Shown here: piece by piece, positions 11,609 to 25,280 of the stretch
Layout: the number at the start of each line of letters is the position of its first letter
Position numbering within the stretch: position 1 is the stretch's first letter
NCBI RefSeq assembly: GCF_006345805.1
Contig: NC_043007.1
Coordinates: forward strand, 1,426,001 to 1,490,000
From: Octopus sinensis
Taxonomy: Eukaryota
Length of the DNA: 64,000 nt
Reading direction: 5' to 3'
Position numbers and translations under genes: made by a program
Notes under the pieces: model-generated
The model's database searches: none
Told to the model about the DNA's origin: nothing
What the model saw: the letters and a program-made list of their open reading frames with translations, nothing else

Positions 11609-12545
11609 TGCAAGTCGACATGTTACTTGAAGTGCTCTAACACTTTTCAAATCGCCATGTAATGTTTGATACCGTATGTCTGCACTAACTGATGCGTCTC
11701 ATTGTTGCAGATAGGTTGTGCGTCAAAGGATCAACATCCTCATTGCGTATTGTAGCCTCATAGCCATAAATAAAGAATAAAATAAAATATGTGCTGGAAA
11801 AGATCCAGCCTGGAAGAGAACAGATGTAAAATTGATACTGGATAATGTTGGTCTACGTGATGTTTAAATTGAAAGATATTATGGTTTAATAGGTGGAATT
11901 ATGAAAATCAAAAGATTGAATAAAATAACATAAAAATGAAGTGGAAAAATAGCTAAATTATGTATGATGCAGAATTGCTTATTTTTCAATTATTCAAAAT
12001 ATCTTTGTAAGAAGGAAAGCTCGTTAAAAGGTAAAAGTTCACAAGTTTAATATAAATTACATAACAGGAAAGAAAAAAAATAATATTTCGAACAGGTTTT
12101 CGTTAGAAACACTTAACATATTAAGGCAAAAGTTTGTAAAAAAAATTAAACCATTTGTGGTGGTTTTATTTGGAAATCTATAAGTAATTGCTGAATAATT
12201 TTATTGCATAAATAGTTATCCTGTTTCTGTTGTTTTTGTTTTTTCGGTAATTACTTCCTAGTTTTCTCTTTTAGTGGATGTCAATATTTAATGTAAATTA
12301 CCGTTAAATTATGATTGCTTTTTCGTAAATATTCATTGAAATGTCACTTGTGTTCATTTTAGTGTTGACAAATTTCACGCATTGAAATAAAACAATATTT
12401 GTTTTTTGTATCTTTGCATCTAATATTCATGAAACAACCGAATGAAATATTTCCTTATTTGTTTGTGCTGACATCTAGTTTCTGTGGAATCAAATTACTT
12501 TGGAAATGGTCACACTGTGACACAGTTTCAGTCTTTAGTCAAGTC

Positions 12546-13513
12546 TTAACCCTTTCGTTACTGTATTTATTTAGAGATGCTCTGTGTTTCTTTCAATTAA
12601 TTTTAAATATAACAAAGAATTTAGTAAAATAACTTTATCATTCAGCTAGTGTTAGGAACATAAATTATGACTAAGGTTTGGTAGAAAATTTTAATTGAAA
12701 ACTTACGAAAACAAAACATTTGTACTCAGAGCCAGAACTGGTTTCAGACAGGTTGGTATCAAAAAGGTTAAGAATTATTTCTCTATTATATATTTTAACC
12801 CTTTTGTTACCATATTTCTGTTGAGATGCTCTGTGTTTCTTTCAATTAATTTTAAATATAACAAAGAATTTAGTAAAATAACTTTATCATTCAGCTAGTG
12901 TTAGGAACATAAATTGTGACTAAGGTTTGGTAGAAAATTTTAATTGAAAACTTACGAAAACAAAACATTTGTACTCAGAGCCAGAACTGGTTTCAGACAG
13001 GTTGGTATCAAAAAGGTTAAGAATTATTTCTCTATTATATATTTTAACCCTTTTGTTACCATATTTCTGTTGAGATGCTCTGTGTTTCTTTCAATTAATT
13101 TTAAATATAACAAAGAATTTAGTAAAATAACTTTATCATTCAGCTAGTGTTAGGAACATAAATTGTGACTAAGGTTTGGTAGAAAATTTTAATTGAAAAC
13201 TTACGAAAACAAAACATTTGTACTCAGAGCCAGAACTGGTTTCAGACAGGTTGGTATCAAAAAGGTTAAGAATTATTTCTCTATTATATATTTTAACCCT
13301 TTTGTTACCATATTTCTGTTGAGATGCTCTGTGTTTCTTTCAATTACTTTAAATATAACAAAGAATTTAGTAAAATAACTTAGTTATCATTCAGTGTTAG
13401 GAACATAAATTGTGACTAAGTTTTGGTAGAAGATTTTAATTGAAAACTTATGGAAACAAGACATTTGTACTACAGAGCCACAGCCAGTATCAGCTGGGTT
13501 GGTAATGAAAGGG
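12546..13513. mobile_element. Tandem array of four piggyBac-type MITEs (TTAA-CCCT...AGGG-TTAA), 249-bp period
   Basis: Units start at 12546, 12795, 13044 and 13293, separated by the identical spacer gaattatttctctattatatatt. Solo copies at 59512 and 59877. Confidence 0.88.
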
Positions 13514-13844
13514 ACCAAATTTATAGATGCCTTTCAGGTATGGCCTCCTCCTCATTGTTTTGTTGTTATGGAGTAGACTCTGTTGTTTTATTGGTTGAGT
13601 GGTTTGGTTTTGCCTTTTGGCAATTAGTTTAGATATAACAGCAGGTTTGTTTGTTGATCATAGTGTTGGTAGTGGTTCTGAGGTTGTTGCTGCTGCAGAA
13701 TGTTCCATTACATGGTAGTTGTAGTTAGATATAAAGCTGCCAGTGAAGCATCTTCTCACCATTTGAAATGAGATGATGTGGCATACTGCACTCTATGACT
13801 AATCATCATCATCAACATCATCATCATCATCATCATCATCACCA

Positions 13845-14180
13845 TCCAGTGTTTTAAATCAGGGTTTTGTCCCTGTTAATGGAGGTGCCTGATCTACCCC
13901 AATGCTATTGCAATTGAGGTAGGAAGGTGCAGCCCACCCCAGACTATGGGCTGGCTGGCTGGTGCCCATTCTCTTTTGCTATTATGAGGCTTTTTTGGAG
14001 GTGGGTTTTCTATGGGGAGCATGCCCTTGCTTATTCCCAACCTCAGTTTCTAGACATGAGTGGTCCCGAGACCAAGGCCTCTACCACGATTTTTAAGAAA
14101 TGTGGTGGAAAACTAGCTCAGGAAAGCAAGGATAGGACGCTACTCCCTGAGACCCCTTTCAGAGTCCCCCACCTCTACTA
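13845..14180 (-). mobile_element. Dispersed ~340-bp repeat (family J), probably derived from an RTE leader, with (GAT)n tail
   Basis: Second copy at 51860-52190. Contains gaggttggga(a/g)taagcaagggcatgctccc, like motifs recalled from RTE 5' leaders. Confidence 0.6.
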
Positions 14181-14496
14181 ATGCAATTTCTAATCTCTCC
14201 TTTTGTTAGCTTTGTCTTGTTAAGGACATAGCAACCTCTCTAGTGCTGGTGTTATGATAATATACACCTGGTATACATGGTAAAGTGGTTGGTAAATGAG
14301 TGGAGATTTTGTAGAGTTGGAGGGACCTTTTAGTGCTGTCTAACCTCTTTCGGGCTGGTGCCATAATAAAATGCATCAGTACACTCTGCAAAGTGGTTGG
14401 CAAATGAGAAGGGTTGGGAGGATCGTTTAGGCCTGTCTTATTGAGGGCATGACTTTTCCAGTGTTGCTCTGATGATAAATGCACCCAGCAGACTCT

Positions 14497-14890
14497 GCTA
14501 ACCCTTTTGCTACTGTATTTCTCTCAACATATGCTGCTTTTGTTTCAATTAATTTCTAAAATAATGAGGAATTTAGTAAAATGACTTTTTCATTATTAAG
14601 CTGGGGTCTGGAACAAATTAGCATAAAATTTTGATGAAAGATTATAATTTAAACAACTGTGAGTTGGCGGAAATGTTAGCATGCTGGGCAAAATGCTTAG
14701 TGATATTTTGTCAGCCACTGCGTTCTGTGTTCAAATTCCGCCGAGGTCGACTTTGCCTTGTTTGTCCCCTCTGTGTTTCGACCCTTGTAAGTAGTAAAGA
14801 AAGAAGATTATAATTTAGACAACTTTAAAATAGTAAATTTCTGTCATAGAACCTGGGCGATCACAGGTGGGTTGGTATTGAAAGGGTTAA
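14497..14890. mobile_element. piggyBac-type MITE interrupted by a family B SINE
   Basis: Ends ctaacccttttgctac ... gtattgaaagggttaa. Confidence 0.7.
14660..14803 (+). mobile_element. Family B SINE (B2 tail, internally deleted) with ~21-bp target-site duplication
   Basis: Flanked by aagattataattta(a/g)acaact on both sides. Confidence 0.75.
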
Positions 14891-16049
14891 GCGGTTGCTG
14901 TAAGGAAAGGTATGCAACCATACCAGCCATGCCAAATCAAATGTATGTGTGAAGTATGATCCTCTGATCATACATACGAGATTGTAAATTTGGATAAGAT
15001 GAAATTTGATGAACCATCTAACCCATGACAGCACGGAAAGCAGATGTAAAAATGATGGTAATGATGTTTGTACACGCTATGAAACAACAGGGGATTGCTT
15101 TTGCTTTTATTTCCATCTTGTCTTGCTGTTTTATTACGAGCAAGCAAAACAAGATTTTTGCAGTGATTTTGTTGCAGATGTTAGCATCGGTTTTCCACCA
15201 TTTGTTGGTGAGGTTGGTTGGGGAGCTGTGCTGGTGGTAGAGAGAAGATCGAAACTGAGTGTTTATGAGAATATTAGCTTCACTCTCTGTCCAATTCTGT
15301 TTGCTTCATGCTTCACATGTGTTGCCAACCGTATTTAGAAGATGGTAAACGATCGCATTGGAAGTAACGTACTTCCAATTAATTAGCTAATCAAACGATT
15401 TCTATTTCCCCCCATTTTGTTTTCTTTGTGTGGGAGACGGCTTTTCTTTTTCTTTTTTACTGGATTGATTTGGTTGTTTCTTTGCACTCTGGATGTTTAT
15501 GAACAGTGGTGGGAAGTGATGTTTCGTTAATTAGCATTTAAGCAGTTAATAATGGATTAAAGAGATATTTGTTGTTATAGTTTATTTGTTTGTTTGTTAT
15601 TTACTTATGTATTTTATCAGATTCATTCTTGCTTGTTTGCACAATTGGTTGTTATGAGAAGCGATGGAGACCGAATCTACTTAAGAATTTATGAATGGGT
15701 TATGCAATTAATAATGCATGCGCTGATAATTAGGATTATAAGCATTTAGTGTTTGAGGCAGAAGAGAAAAAAAAAAACATCCAAACATATATATTTGTGA
15801 AGAAATGGATGCATGTTTGTTTGTGCGTAAGAACACACACACACACACTTCTTTTCTTTCATCTGTCTCAAGTTATTGAACTTTGGCAATGCTGGGGGCA
15901 ATATCTTGAATCGTTTATATAATTAAATCATCCTTGGTGCCTATTTTAAGTTGGGTATTTATTGTAGCAATCATTTTTCACCGAATTGCTTGGAGAAGGT
16001 GTTATGATAATATGCACCCAGAACACATGGTACCATGAGGTAACAGATA

Positions 16050-16268
16050 TATATATATTTCTTCATTGCCCACAAGGGGCTAAACACAGAGGGGACAAAC
16101 AAGGACAGAAAAATGGATTAAGTCGATTACATCGACTCCAGTACGTAACTGGTACTTAATTTATCGACACCGAAAGGATGAAAGGCAAAGTTGACCTTGG
16201 TAGAATTTGAACCCAGAACGTAAAGGCAGGCGAAATATGACTACGCATTTCGCCCGGCGTGCTAACGT
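16050..16268 (-). mobile_element. Family B SINE, B2 tail
   Basis: Tail ...tccttgtttgtcccctctgtgtttagccccttgtgggcaatgaagaaa; same at 45950-46150 and 58975-59097. Confidence 0.8.
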
Positions 16269-16499
16269 GCCATAGCAACACAAGGAAACACTAACACACA
16301 CACACACACACACACAAGAGTAGGCGCATAGATGCAAAATAAGGTGGGAAAAAATAGTACTCGACTACCAAAGATTGAGTAACATGCTGTTTATTAAAGC
16401 TGAAAACAATTGTGCCCCAGCATGGCCATAGCTCGTGAGCTGAAACTAGATGAAATATAAAAAAAAAGTGTTTCAAGTGACTATTCATCAGAGAGTTGT

Positions 16500-16790
16500 G
16501 GTAATATATATATATATCATCATCATCGTTTAATGTCTGTCTCCCATGCATGCATGCATGGGTAGGATGGTTGACAGGAGCTGTCCAGGTAGAAGACTAC
16601 CCCTGGCTACTGTATCTGTTTTGGAAGGAGCTTTACAGCTGGATGCCCTTCATAACACCAACTATGCTGCAGAGAAGACTCAGTTCTTTTACAGTTCGTT
16701 TTTCACTGCTGAATGTCCTTTCAAATGCCAACCACTTTACAGTGTTGACTGCATGCTTTTTACATAGCACCAGCACTGGTAGGGTCACCA

Positions 16791-16851
<61 letters not shown>

Positions 16852-17128
16852 CACAATACATGATCAATGCTGATTGGCTCCCGTGCTGGTGACACATAAA
16901 TAGCTTTATCCAAACGTGAATGATGTCAGGCTCGCCTGACTGGCTCCTGTGTTGGTAGCATGTAAAAAGCACCCACTACACTCTCGGAGTGGTTGCCATT
17001 ACGAAGGGCAACCAGCTGTAGAAACATTGTCAGGTCAGATTGGAGCCTGGTGCAGCCGCTGGCTCTCCAGACCTCAGTCAAACTGTCCAACCCATGCCAG
17101 CATGGAAACGGACATTAAATGATGGTGG

Positions 17129-17160
<32 letters not shown>

Positions 17161-17350
17161 TGTGTGAATACACAATCATCATCATTCAACGTCTGTTTTC
17201 CATGCTGGTATGGGTTGGACAGTTTGGCTGAAAACTGGTAAGCTGGAGAGCTGCGTCGGGTTCCAATCTGATGTGGTATGGTTTTCTACAGCTGGATACT
17301 TTTCCTAATGCCAACCACTTTAAGAGTGTAATGGGTGCTTTTACATGCCA
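16500..17350. mobile_element. Cluster of three family C copies in alternating orientation (-, +, -)
   Basis: (CAT)n tails at 16517 and 17175; (GAT)n tail at 17120-17160. Confidence 0.75.
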
Positions 17351-17358
17351 TTGATATA

Positions 17359-17420
<62 letters not shown>

Positions 17421-18399
17421 TATATATGTATACATATGCACACATGTACACAAACAGAAGTCTGTAGGTATCTGTGCATACATACATCTGCATGTGTGTA
17501 TGCATATATATGATATATCTATATATGTGTGTGCGTGTGTTTTTTTGTGTTTGTTGATATTTGTATAACGCCCAATGTTCAACAGACTTCGTTCATAATT
17601 GTTGACTAACACAATTACCAGACTCGAGTCCTCTGTCCGTCTGTCTGTCCGTACGTACACATGTATGTATGAATGATACAATACAATATGACACCCACAC
17701 CTACACCCAAACACCTCATGAATTCCTATTCCCTTGTAGGGATATTAAACAATAGCAGCTGAACAACAAACATCTGATAGACAAGCAGGTGGCAGCGTTC
17801 ATTTGAATAATGATCTTATAATTTAATTCACAAACGATGAATTGATAAATTCTTATATTAAAACGGCACAGAACAGTTTATCATACATATTCAAACAGGA
17901 GAAAAATGGCCGAGCAAACAAGTTTTTATTTCCATATTTTTCATAGTTGACATATAAATATATGCGATTGAAAATGTCATGAAGATTAGAAAAGAAATTG
18001 TATAAATAGTCTTCAACCTTTTGGTTGTTCTTGAAGAATGGTTCTAGTTAAAGAATTTCTTGGGTCTCTTCTCTTCTCATTCCATCGGAACTTGAGTAAC
18101 TGTTTTGATTGGTTGCTGTGAGAAAGTCTGTGTTTAACATAATGCTGGATAATATTTCGCTAGTGTATAGCACCATCATCATCATCATTTTGATGTCCAT
18201 GTTTGCATCAGATCAGATGGTATTTGTTGAGACAGATTTCCCCGTGGATGGATACCCTTCCCCTAGCTAACTCTTACCTGTTTCTTAGCCAGGTGGTATT
18301 TCCTCATGACCAGACATGTTGTCACTGAAATGACAGACACTGCTCGAATGATAAGTGATGTTCGTTTTATAGTCTTTGTATGCACAGGCATGTGCATTG

Positions 18400-18537
18400 C
18401 TTTTTCTGTGTCCCTTTCTGTAGAAGAGCGTAGGCTCAAAACATAAAAGACTTTTTCTATTCCTGAGCATTATACTAATACATCTGTTTGTTTTGTACAC
18501 CACCTGTCTTTGTCTTTTGTTTTTTTTCGTAAACTCT

Positions 18538-18545
<8 letters not shown>
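18400..18545 (+). mobile_element. Family E element (Penelope-like end with degenerate hammerhead-like motif)
   Basis: ccctttctgtagaagagcgtaggctcaaaacataaaagac; homologous to 29117-29292 and 30690-30850; ends at (TA)n. Confidence 0.6.
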
Positions 18546-18574
<29 letters not shown>

Positions 18575-19144
18575 CTTGTGCACAGAGATAGAGAGAGATA
18601 GAGAACAAGCTATTTTCATTTTCCATCTAGCAAAATTCATTTACACACAAGGATTTGATTGGACTGGAGCTGTAGTAGCAGACACTTGACCAAAGTGCCG
18701 TTTGGTGGGATCGAACCTGAGACCACAGGGTTGGGTAGTGAACAGATAAAGAGTGAGAGAAATTCAGCAATAATTTCAACACAAACATGTTTTTTTACTC
18801 TTGGTAATTTTCCTGTCTCTGTCCATAGTTTCCTCTCCTGAGACCATATTGATTTATATCGTCTGATTGGTCATTTGGAAATACCTTTTTTAACCAATAA
18901 GGAAGCACACATGAATCACATGGCCTAAATATTGCTTAGCCTCTGCTATCTTAGAATGAAGAATATGTCAGAAGAGGTGCAACATTTTAGCACGGTTACT
19001 CATTATTATTTACTGACTGTCCACAGTGTTTCACTGTTGCTTGCAACATGGCTGTGCACATGTGTTAATGTGTCTAACAAAACAATATATTATTCATCCT
19101 TTTGTTACTGCATCCTTTTTGAAATATACTGCCTTTGTATATTC

Positions 19145-19680
19145 ATCATCATCATCATCCTTTAACAACCGCTTTCCATGCTAGCATGGGTTGGACGATT
19201 TGACTGAAGACTGGCAAATCAGATGGCTGCACAAGGCTCCAATCTGATCTGGCGGAGTTTCTACAGCTGGATGCCCTTCCTAACGCCAACCACTCCATGA
19301 GTGTAGTGGGTGCTTTTAAAGTGCCACCGGCATGAGGGCCAGTGAGGTGGTACCGGCAACGGCCATGCTCGAAAATGGTGTTTTTTATATGTCACCTACA
19401 CAGGAGTCAGTCCAGCAGCACTGGGAATGACCCCGCTCAAATGTTTTGTTCATGTGCCACCAGCACAAGTGCCAGTGAGGCGACGCTGACAACGATCATT
19501 CTCAAATGGTGCTATTTGTGTGCCAGACAGCTGCTCTGGCAGTGATCCCGCTAGGATGGAGCTGTTAGCGCTCCACTGGCATGGGTGCCAGTCATCGAAT
19601 TTGGTTCAATTTCGATTTCACTTGTCCCAACAGGTCTTTGCAAGCAGAGTTTAGTGTCCAGTGAAGGGAGCTTGGCATAT
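19145..19680 (-). mobile_element. RTE 3'UTR copy (family C), long version
   Basis: Reverse complement of the 11119-11608 type. Confidence 0.85.
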
Positions 19681-21186
19681 TTTCAAAATAACGAATCAGC
19701 TATCAAAATAATTCTGTCATTATTAAACTGGAGTTTGGGATATAAATAAACTTGAAGTTTTGATGGCAGACTTAAATTTAGGTCACTTTAAAAGAAGAAG
19801 CTTGCATTATAAAACCAGAGTTATTAAAAGGGTTAACCACAAGGACAAAGAATATAATCTCTCTATATATAAAGTTGAAGTCGAAACTACTAGCGATACT
19901 GCTAGTAGTTTATATAGTTATGTAACATACATATATATTAATTTGAATATTTGCCGTATGGATGATTCTTCCATTTTAGGCTCCTTTTGGATACTCTTTG
20001 AGAGCACAGTAGCTTCCAAACTAGGTTATTGTAAGGTTTATTTAGAAATATTCAAATTAGCAAAAAAAAAGTAGATACTACCTCATTCCCTAAAACATAT
20101 CTTCCTTTCTCCAAAATGAAAAGAAATCTTAAGATTATGGGCTGCGTAAATAAGATGGCCTCATGTAATACATAAATCAGCTTGAAAAAAAGCCTGAAAT
20201 GAAATTTAGCAGTTATTTAAGAAGTAAATCTTTGCTGAAAAATAAATTTTTAAAATATTAGATTTTTTTTTGAAAAAAGAAACCAAAAAATTAATAACTC
20301 CAGTTACTCTGTTTAGTGTTAAATATGCAAAACAAGAATTAAAATGTAATCACGATGTAATATATTTAAATTTAATCACTGTTTGGACTTTATACCATTC
20401 TGTAAGTTAATTCATTGTGTTCATTCATTGACCTGAAGTTATTTCTAATTTGTTGAACAAGTTTATATGGTCTTTATTATTCTGTAACTATTAGTATAAT
20501 TACCAAGTTGAATAAAATTTACTTAAAAATGCTTCGAAACGGTTAAAGGTAGATTAAAAGAATGGTTGAGAAGCCAACACAAAATACTGTTTCAAAAAGT
20601 CATACATATAACTATGTTGTATAAATATATGTGTGTGTGTGTGAAGGTAAAGGCAAACATATGAAGAGATTCCAAGATGGCAGTCCATCTTCTAGTCCAA
20701 GACACAGGAAAATTCAAGAATGAAGGTACGCCAGTAATTAAATGAATGGGTTGGACAGATGTGAAGGTTTTCATCTTAACTACTCCTTATATATTCTTTG
20801 GGTCTTCTTGCTTTGCCTTCTCTCTTTCCTTCAGCACCCCATTCTAAAGAACGGTATCTGCAACACCATAATTAACTCCTGCGATTTCTCTGAGCTTCTA
20901 ATTAATAATTTTAATCACGATCTTATCGTTCTGTTTTGTCATTGTTTTTTTGGTTTTTTTTTCATTTTTGTTCTTTCACTGTTTTCCTCCTTTCACTCTC
21001 TCTATATATGTGTGTGTGTGTATATAGGTTTTGCTGTTAAGTGCTTGATGCTAATGATGATGAATAATAATATACTAATTTATTGAAATGTACAGATCGT
21101 TAGCAGGCGTTATTATATACATCCACTTATGCTACACGATTTAAGAAGATGGTCTTCCTATTAATTCCTTTTCAATATCTTTTGCA

Positions 21187-21188
<2 letters not shown>

Positions 21189-21267
<79 letters not shown>

Positions 21268-21294
21268 TACTCATATATATATATACATATACAT

Positions 21295-21333
<39 letters not shown>

Positions 21334-21380
21334 TATATACACACATATATATACATATATATATAAGTATATATATATAT

Positions 21381-21411
<31 letters not shown>

Positions 21412-21430
21412 CATATGTATATATATATAC

Positions 21431-21487
<57 letters not shown>
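21189..21487. repeat. Compound (TA)n/(CA)n microsatellite
   Basis: Direct reading; source of the YI/HT-rich ORFs. Confidence 0.95.
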
Positions 21488-21944
21488 AATGGTTACTGAA
21501 AGTTATTATGCAGAAACTTTTTCAATAACAGCTTATATTGATACGGTAAACAAAAAACAATCAGTTGTATCTAACCCCCTATCCATATCATATTGATGAA
21601 TTTACCACATTGCAGTCTATCCTAACTGAAGACTTCAAATTTTGTTGTATATTCATTATCAAATTCATAATTCAAAATCTCTTCTTGTAGAAAACCGCTA
21701 TCTCAGTTATTTAAATATTATCCTATGAATCAACAATGAAAGCTAACAGGCAAAAAAAACAAAAAAAAACACCAAATATGTGCAGAAGCCATAGTAAATA
21801 TTTAAAAAAAATGGTAAATGATAACTTTGGTATAATAACGTAGCTTTACAAAAAGTCTACTTCAATGTATCATTAATGTTAACCTTGCTTATCAAATAAG
21901 ATTCACTCAACTATTTAGTCTCTGTTTAGTTAGGTTCAAATCAT

Positions 21945-22160
21945 CATCATCATCATCATCTTCGTTTAACATCCGCTTTCCATGCTAGCATGGGTTGGAT
22001 GATTTGACTGAGGTCTGGCGAACCAGATGGCTGCACCAGGCTTCAATCTTGATCTGGCAGAGTTTCTACCACTGGATGCCCTTCCTAACGCCAACCACTC
22101 TGAGAGTGTAGTGGGTGCTTTTATGTGCCACCAGCGCGAGGGCCAGTCAGGCAGTACACA
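21945..22160 (-). mobile_element. RTE 3'UTR copy (family C), short
   Basis: Family C consensus. Confidence 0.8.
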
Positions 22161-22844
22161 TCAGCAATATTCAGAACAGCACGTTTTGAGGAAAAGGTGG
22201 CTTCTCTAAGCCATGGAAAGGGGTCAATGCTGTATGAGCTTGAATAACATATTTAAGATAATGTATTTAAATATAAGCATTCTAGAAAAAAAAAATTCTG
22301 ATTGTAGAGATATATATATATCCTAATTAATTAAACCATTGAACAAAAATGGTGGAAGATTAAAAAAAAATGGAAAGAAAAGAAGTTAGAAAAATGTAGT
22401 TATCTACAGCTAATCTATTGTATATCTGTTGGGAAATTATATTTACTTCATTTTTCTTTAGAAGTTTGTCTTTGTAGGCAACAAAATAAAATTATCGATG
22501 GATATATACAAACAGGGTGGTGTATTTTGTTACTCTCTTGCTACCGTCAGTCGCAGTAATAGATCTGTTCTTCTCATTATTATTAATCTTCTCCTCACTT
22601 AAATTTCATCATTCTCACTTTTAATATTTTCCTTTCAAGCATCTCAAATTGTTTAGTCTTGTCAGTTACAGGGTGACCTCACTGGTGCTGGTGCTATGGA
22701 AATAGCACCCTACACATTGTAAAGTGGTTAGCATTAGAAAATGCATCCACCCCTATGAACCATTCCGAAACTGAGATATTAGAGCATGATGCAGTCTGCC
22801 ATGTGTTGGATTCTGTCAAAGTGTAAACCCCATGCCTACAAAAG

Positions 22845-22932
22845 TCATCATCATCATCATCACCATCATCACCACCACCACCACCATCATCACCATCATC
22901 ATCATCACCATCATCATCATCACCATCATCAT

Positions 22933-22975
<43 letters not shown>

Positions 22976-23215
22976 GTCGTCATCACCATCATCATCACCA
23001 TCATCATCATCATCGTCGTCATCACCATCATCACCATCATCATCATCATCATCACCATCATCATCATCACCACCACCACCATCATCATCATCATTATCAT
23101 CATCATCATCGTCGTCATCACCATCATCATCACCATCATCATCATCATCGTCGTCATCACCACCATCATCATCATCATCATCAACCTTCATCACCACCAT
23201 CACCACCATCATCAT
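22845..23215. repeat. Compound (CAT/CAC/CGT)n microsatellite with internal block duplication
   Basis: Direct reading; source of the poly-His/poly-Asp ORFs. Confidence 0.95.
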
Positions 23216-23219
23216 CAAC

Positions 23220-23590
23220 TACTTGTCTCCAGGATTCCCTCTCCTGCATTGCTCTTCGTAGGTTGCTCTTCAATAGACCAAAAGCCTTCAACCAGTTGAA
23301 CAAAAATTATCCTGGCAACACAATCCCTAGTTTGCTTTCCGTGTGTTGGGTCCCACATCAGCATTTGACGCTCTACTCCATCCTTGCTGTGAAAGCAATG
23401 TTCATGGAATTCCAGTCTTTGTTCCTTAATCATGAAAGTAACTCTTGGAAGGTTACCATAAAAAGCCTGTTTTGTTGTAGGGGACTGCCATTTGATGCAT
23501 GTTCCATCTAGTTTTCCTTCCAGTTCCCTTGTTAGGGTCCATGTTGTGCAGCTGTGTCTGAGCACAGTTTCTACTGTTGCACACAAGGTG
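23220..23590 (-). mobile_element. Old RTE-type LINE ORF2 C-terminal fragment
   Basis: TVETVLRHSCTTWTLTRELEGKLDG...FYGNLPRV...EQRLEFHEHC...LMWDPTHGK, homologous to 52856-53220. Confidence 0.75.
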
Positions 23591-23650
23591 GACATAAAGC
23601 TGTGATGATGATGATGATAATGTTATGCACATCGCATATATATGAGTGCC

Positions 23651-23947
23651 AATAGCCTCGGGCCGACCAAAGCCTTGTGAGTGGATTTCGTAGACAGAAA
23701 CTGAAAGAAGCATGTTGTATATGTGTGTGTGTGTGTGTTTGTGTGTCTGTGTTTGTCCCCCCAACAGTGCTTGACAACTGATGCTGGTGTGTTTACATCC
23801 CCATTACTTAGCGGTTCGGTGAAAGAGACTGATAGAATAAGTGATAGGCTTATGAAGGATATGTCCTGGGGTCGATTTGCTCGACTGAAGGCAGTGCTCC
23901 AGCATGGCCACAGTGAAATGACTGAAACAAGTAAAAGAGTAAAAGAA
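23651..23947 (+). mobile_element. SINE family A, 5'-truncated
   Basis: Family A consensus from tagcctcgggccgaccaaagcc onward. Confidence 0.85.
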
Positions 23948-24169
23948 CTATAAAACAAAAAAACACATTTAAAAATAGTGAAAGGGAGCTAATTGCGAAA
24001 AACCTTATAATTATAATAACTATATAGAAATATAATTAAAGATAACTTATGAATCTATAATAAAACTCTAGACAGACGAAGATCAATATTTTTAAATAGA
24101 CTGAGGAGATTAATCGCTAATAGATTTACAAAAAACTCCTTGTGGAAGCTATCTTTTAATTTACGACCA

Positions 24170-24203
<34 letters not shown>

Positions 24204-24204
<1 letters not shown>

Positions 24205-24303
24205 GCCTCCTCATTGATATGATTGTCCCAATTGACATAAATGTATCTGTCGAAGACCTACCAAACACCGAGCAAGTATAAAGATCTTGAAATAGAAATT
24301 GGC
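24204..24303 (+). mobile_element. R4/Dong-like retrotransposon fragment (restriction-like endonuclease region) abutting (TAA)n
   Basis: CLLIDMIVPIDINVSV/KTYQTPSKYKDLEIEI (one frameshift), directly after a (TAA)n run. Confidence 0.7.
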
Positions 24304-24907
24304 ATAGCCCCAAGCTGACCAGTGCCTTGTGAGTGAATTTGGCAGATAGAAACTGGTTGGAAGCCCATTGTATACATTTATGTGTGTGTCTTTGTGCTTG
24401 TTCTCCCTTGTATCTCTTGACAACCATTGTTGGTTTGTTTACATCTATATATCTTAGCATCTTTGCTATAAAGACTGTTAAGATAAGTGCCAGATTTAAA
24501 AAAAAAAAAGTTAGTACCGGGGTTGATTTCTTTGACTGACACAAGTAAAAGTTAAAAGTTAGTTAAAAAAAGTTCTGTTTTACATTGACTTCTTTGTTCA
24601 GAAATTGTCATCCGGTGATGTTGGAAACGGAATTCCAGGCAGTTTTCTATTGGCAGATGTAAAGTTTGTTTCATACGAGGTGTTTGTAAGTTTCTGGATC
24701 CACACGATGCAAGTTTCCTATTTACCAGGTGAACAAAATAAATTCAAAAATGTCACATGTTATTAGTTAAATAATTCATAAATACTCCTGCATTCCTATA
24801 GAATTCATGTGAAAGCATTTTGTTTTCTAGTCAAGTAGCAAGAAACGAACAAGTGGTTGTTTTGTGTGCGTTTGTGTTTGTTGTAGTTTAACTCTGGTAT
24901 ATTTGTT

Positions 24908-24953
24908 TTTATATATATATACATATATCTATATATGTATGTATATATGTATA

Positions 24954-25019
<66 letters not shown>

Positions 25020-25096
25020 CATATATGTATATATACATATATGTATATATATATATACATGTATATATATACACACACACACACATATATATACAT

Positions 25097-25131
<35 letters not shown>

Positions 25132-25280
25132 CATATACACATATCTATCTATCTATCTATCTATATATATATATATATATATAGTGTGTGTGTGTGTGTA
25201 TGTATATATATATATATTTATATACACACACAGACATATATATATACATATATATACATATATATATATGTATGTGTGTG
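24908..25280. repeat. Compound (TA)/(CA)/(TCTA)/(TG) microsatellite
   Basis: Direct reading. Confidence 0.95.

Noticed and set aside
12546-13513. CRISPR-like repeat/spacer appearance (also the 66-bp array at 8592-8853)
   Set aside because: Spacers are identical, repeats are ~226-bp MITEs, the context is eukaryotic, and there are no cas genes.
15357-15379. Perfect 10-bp hairpin attggaagta-acg-tacttccaat (possible Helitron end)
   Set aside because: No downstream CTRR terminus, single occurrence, and too short to interpret.
17632-17655. (GTCY)n tract reminiscent of Helentron/DINE-1 elements
   Set aside because: Only about 5 units, with no subterminal inverted repeats or terminal hairpin identified.
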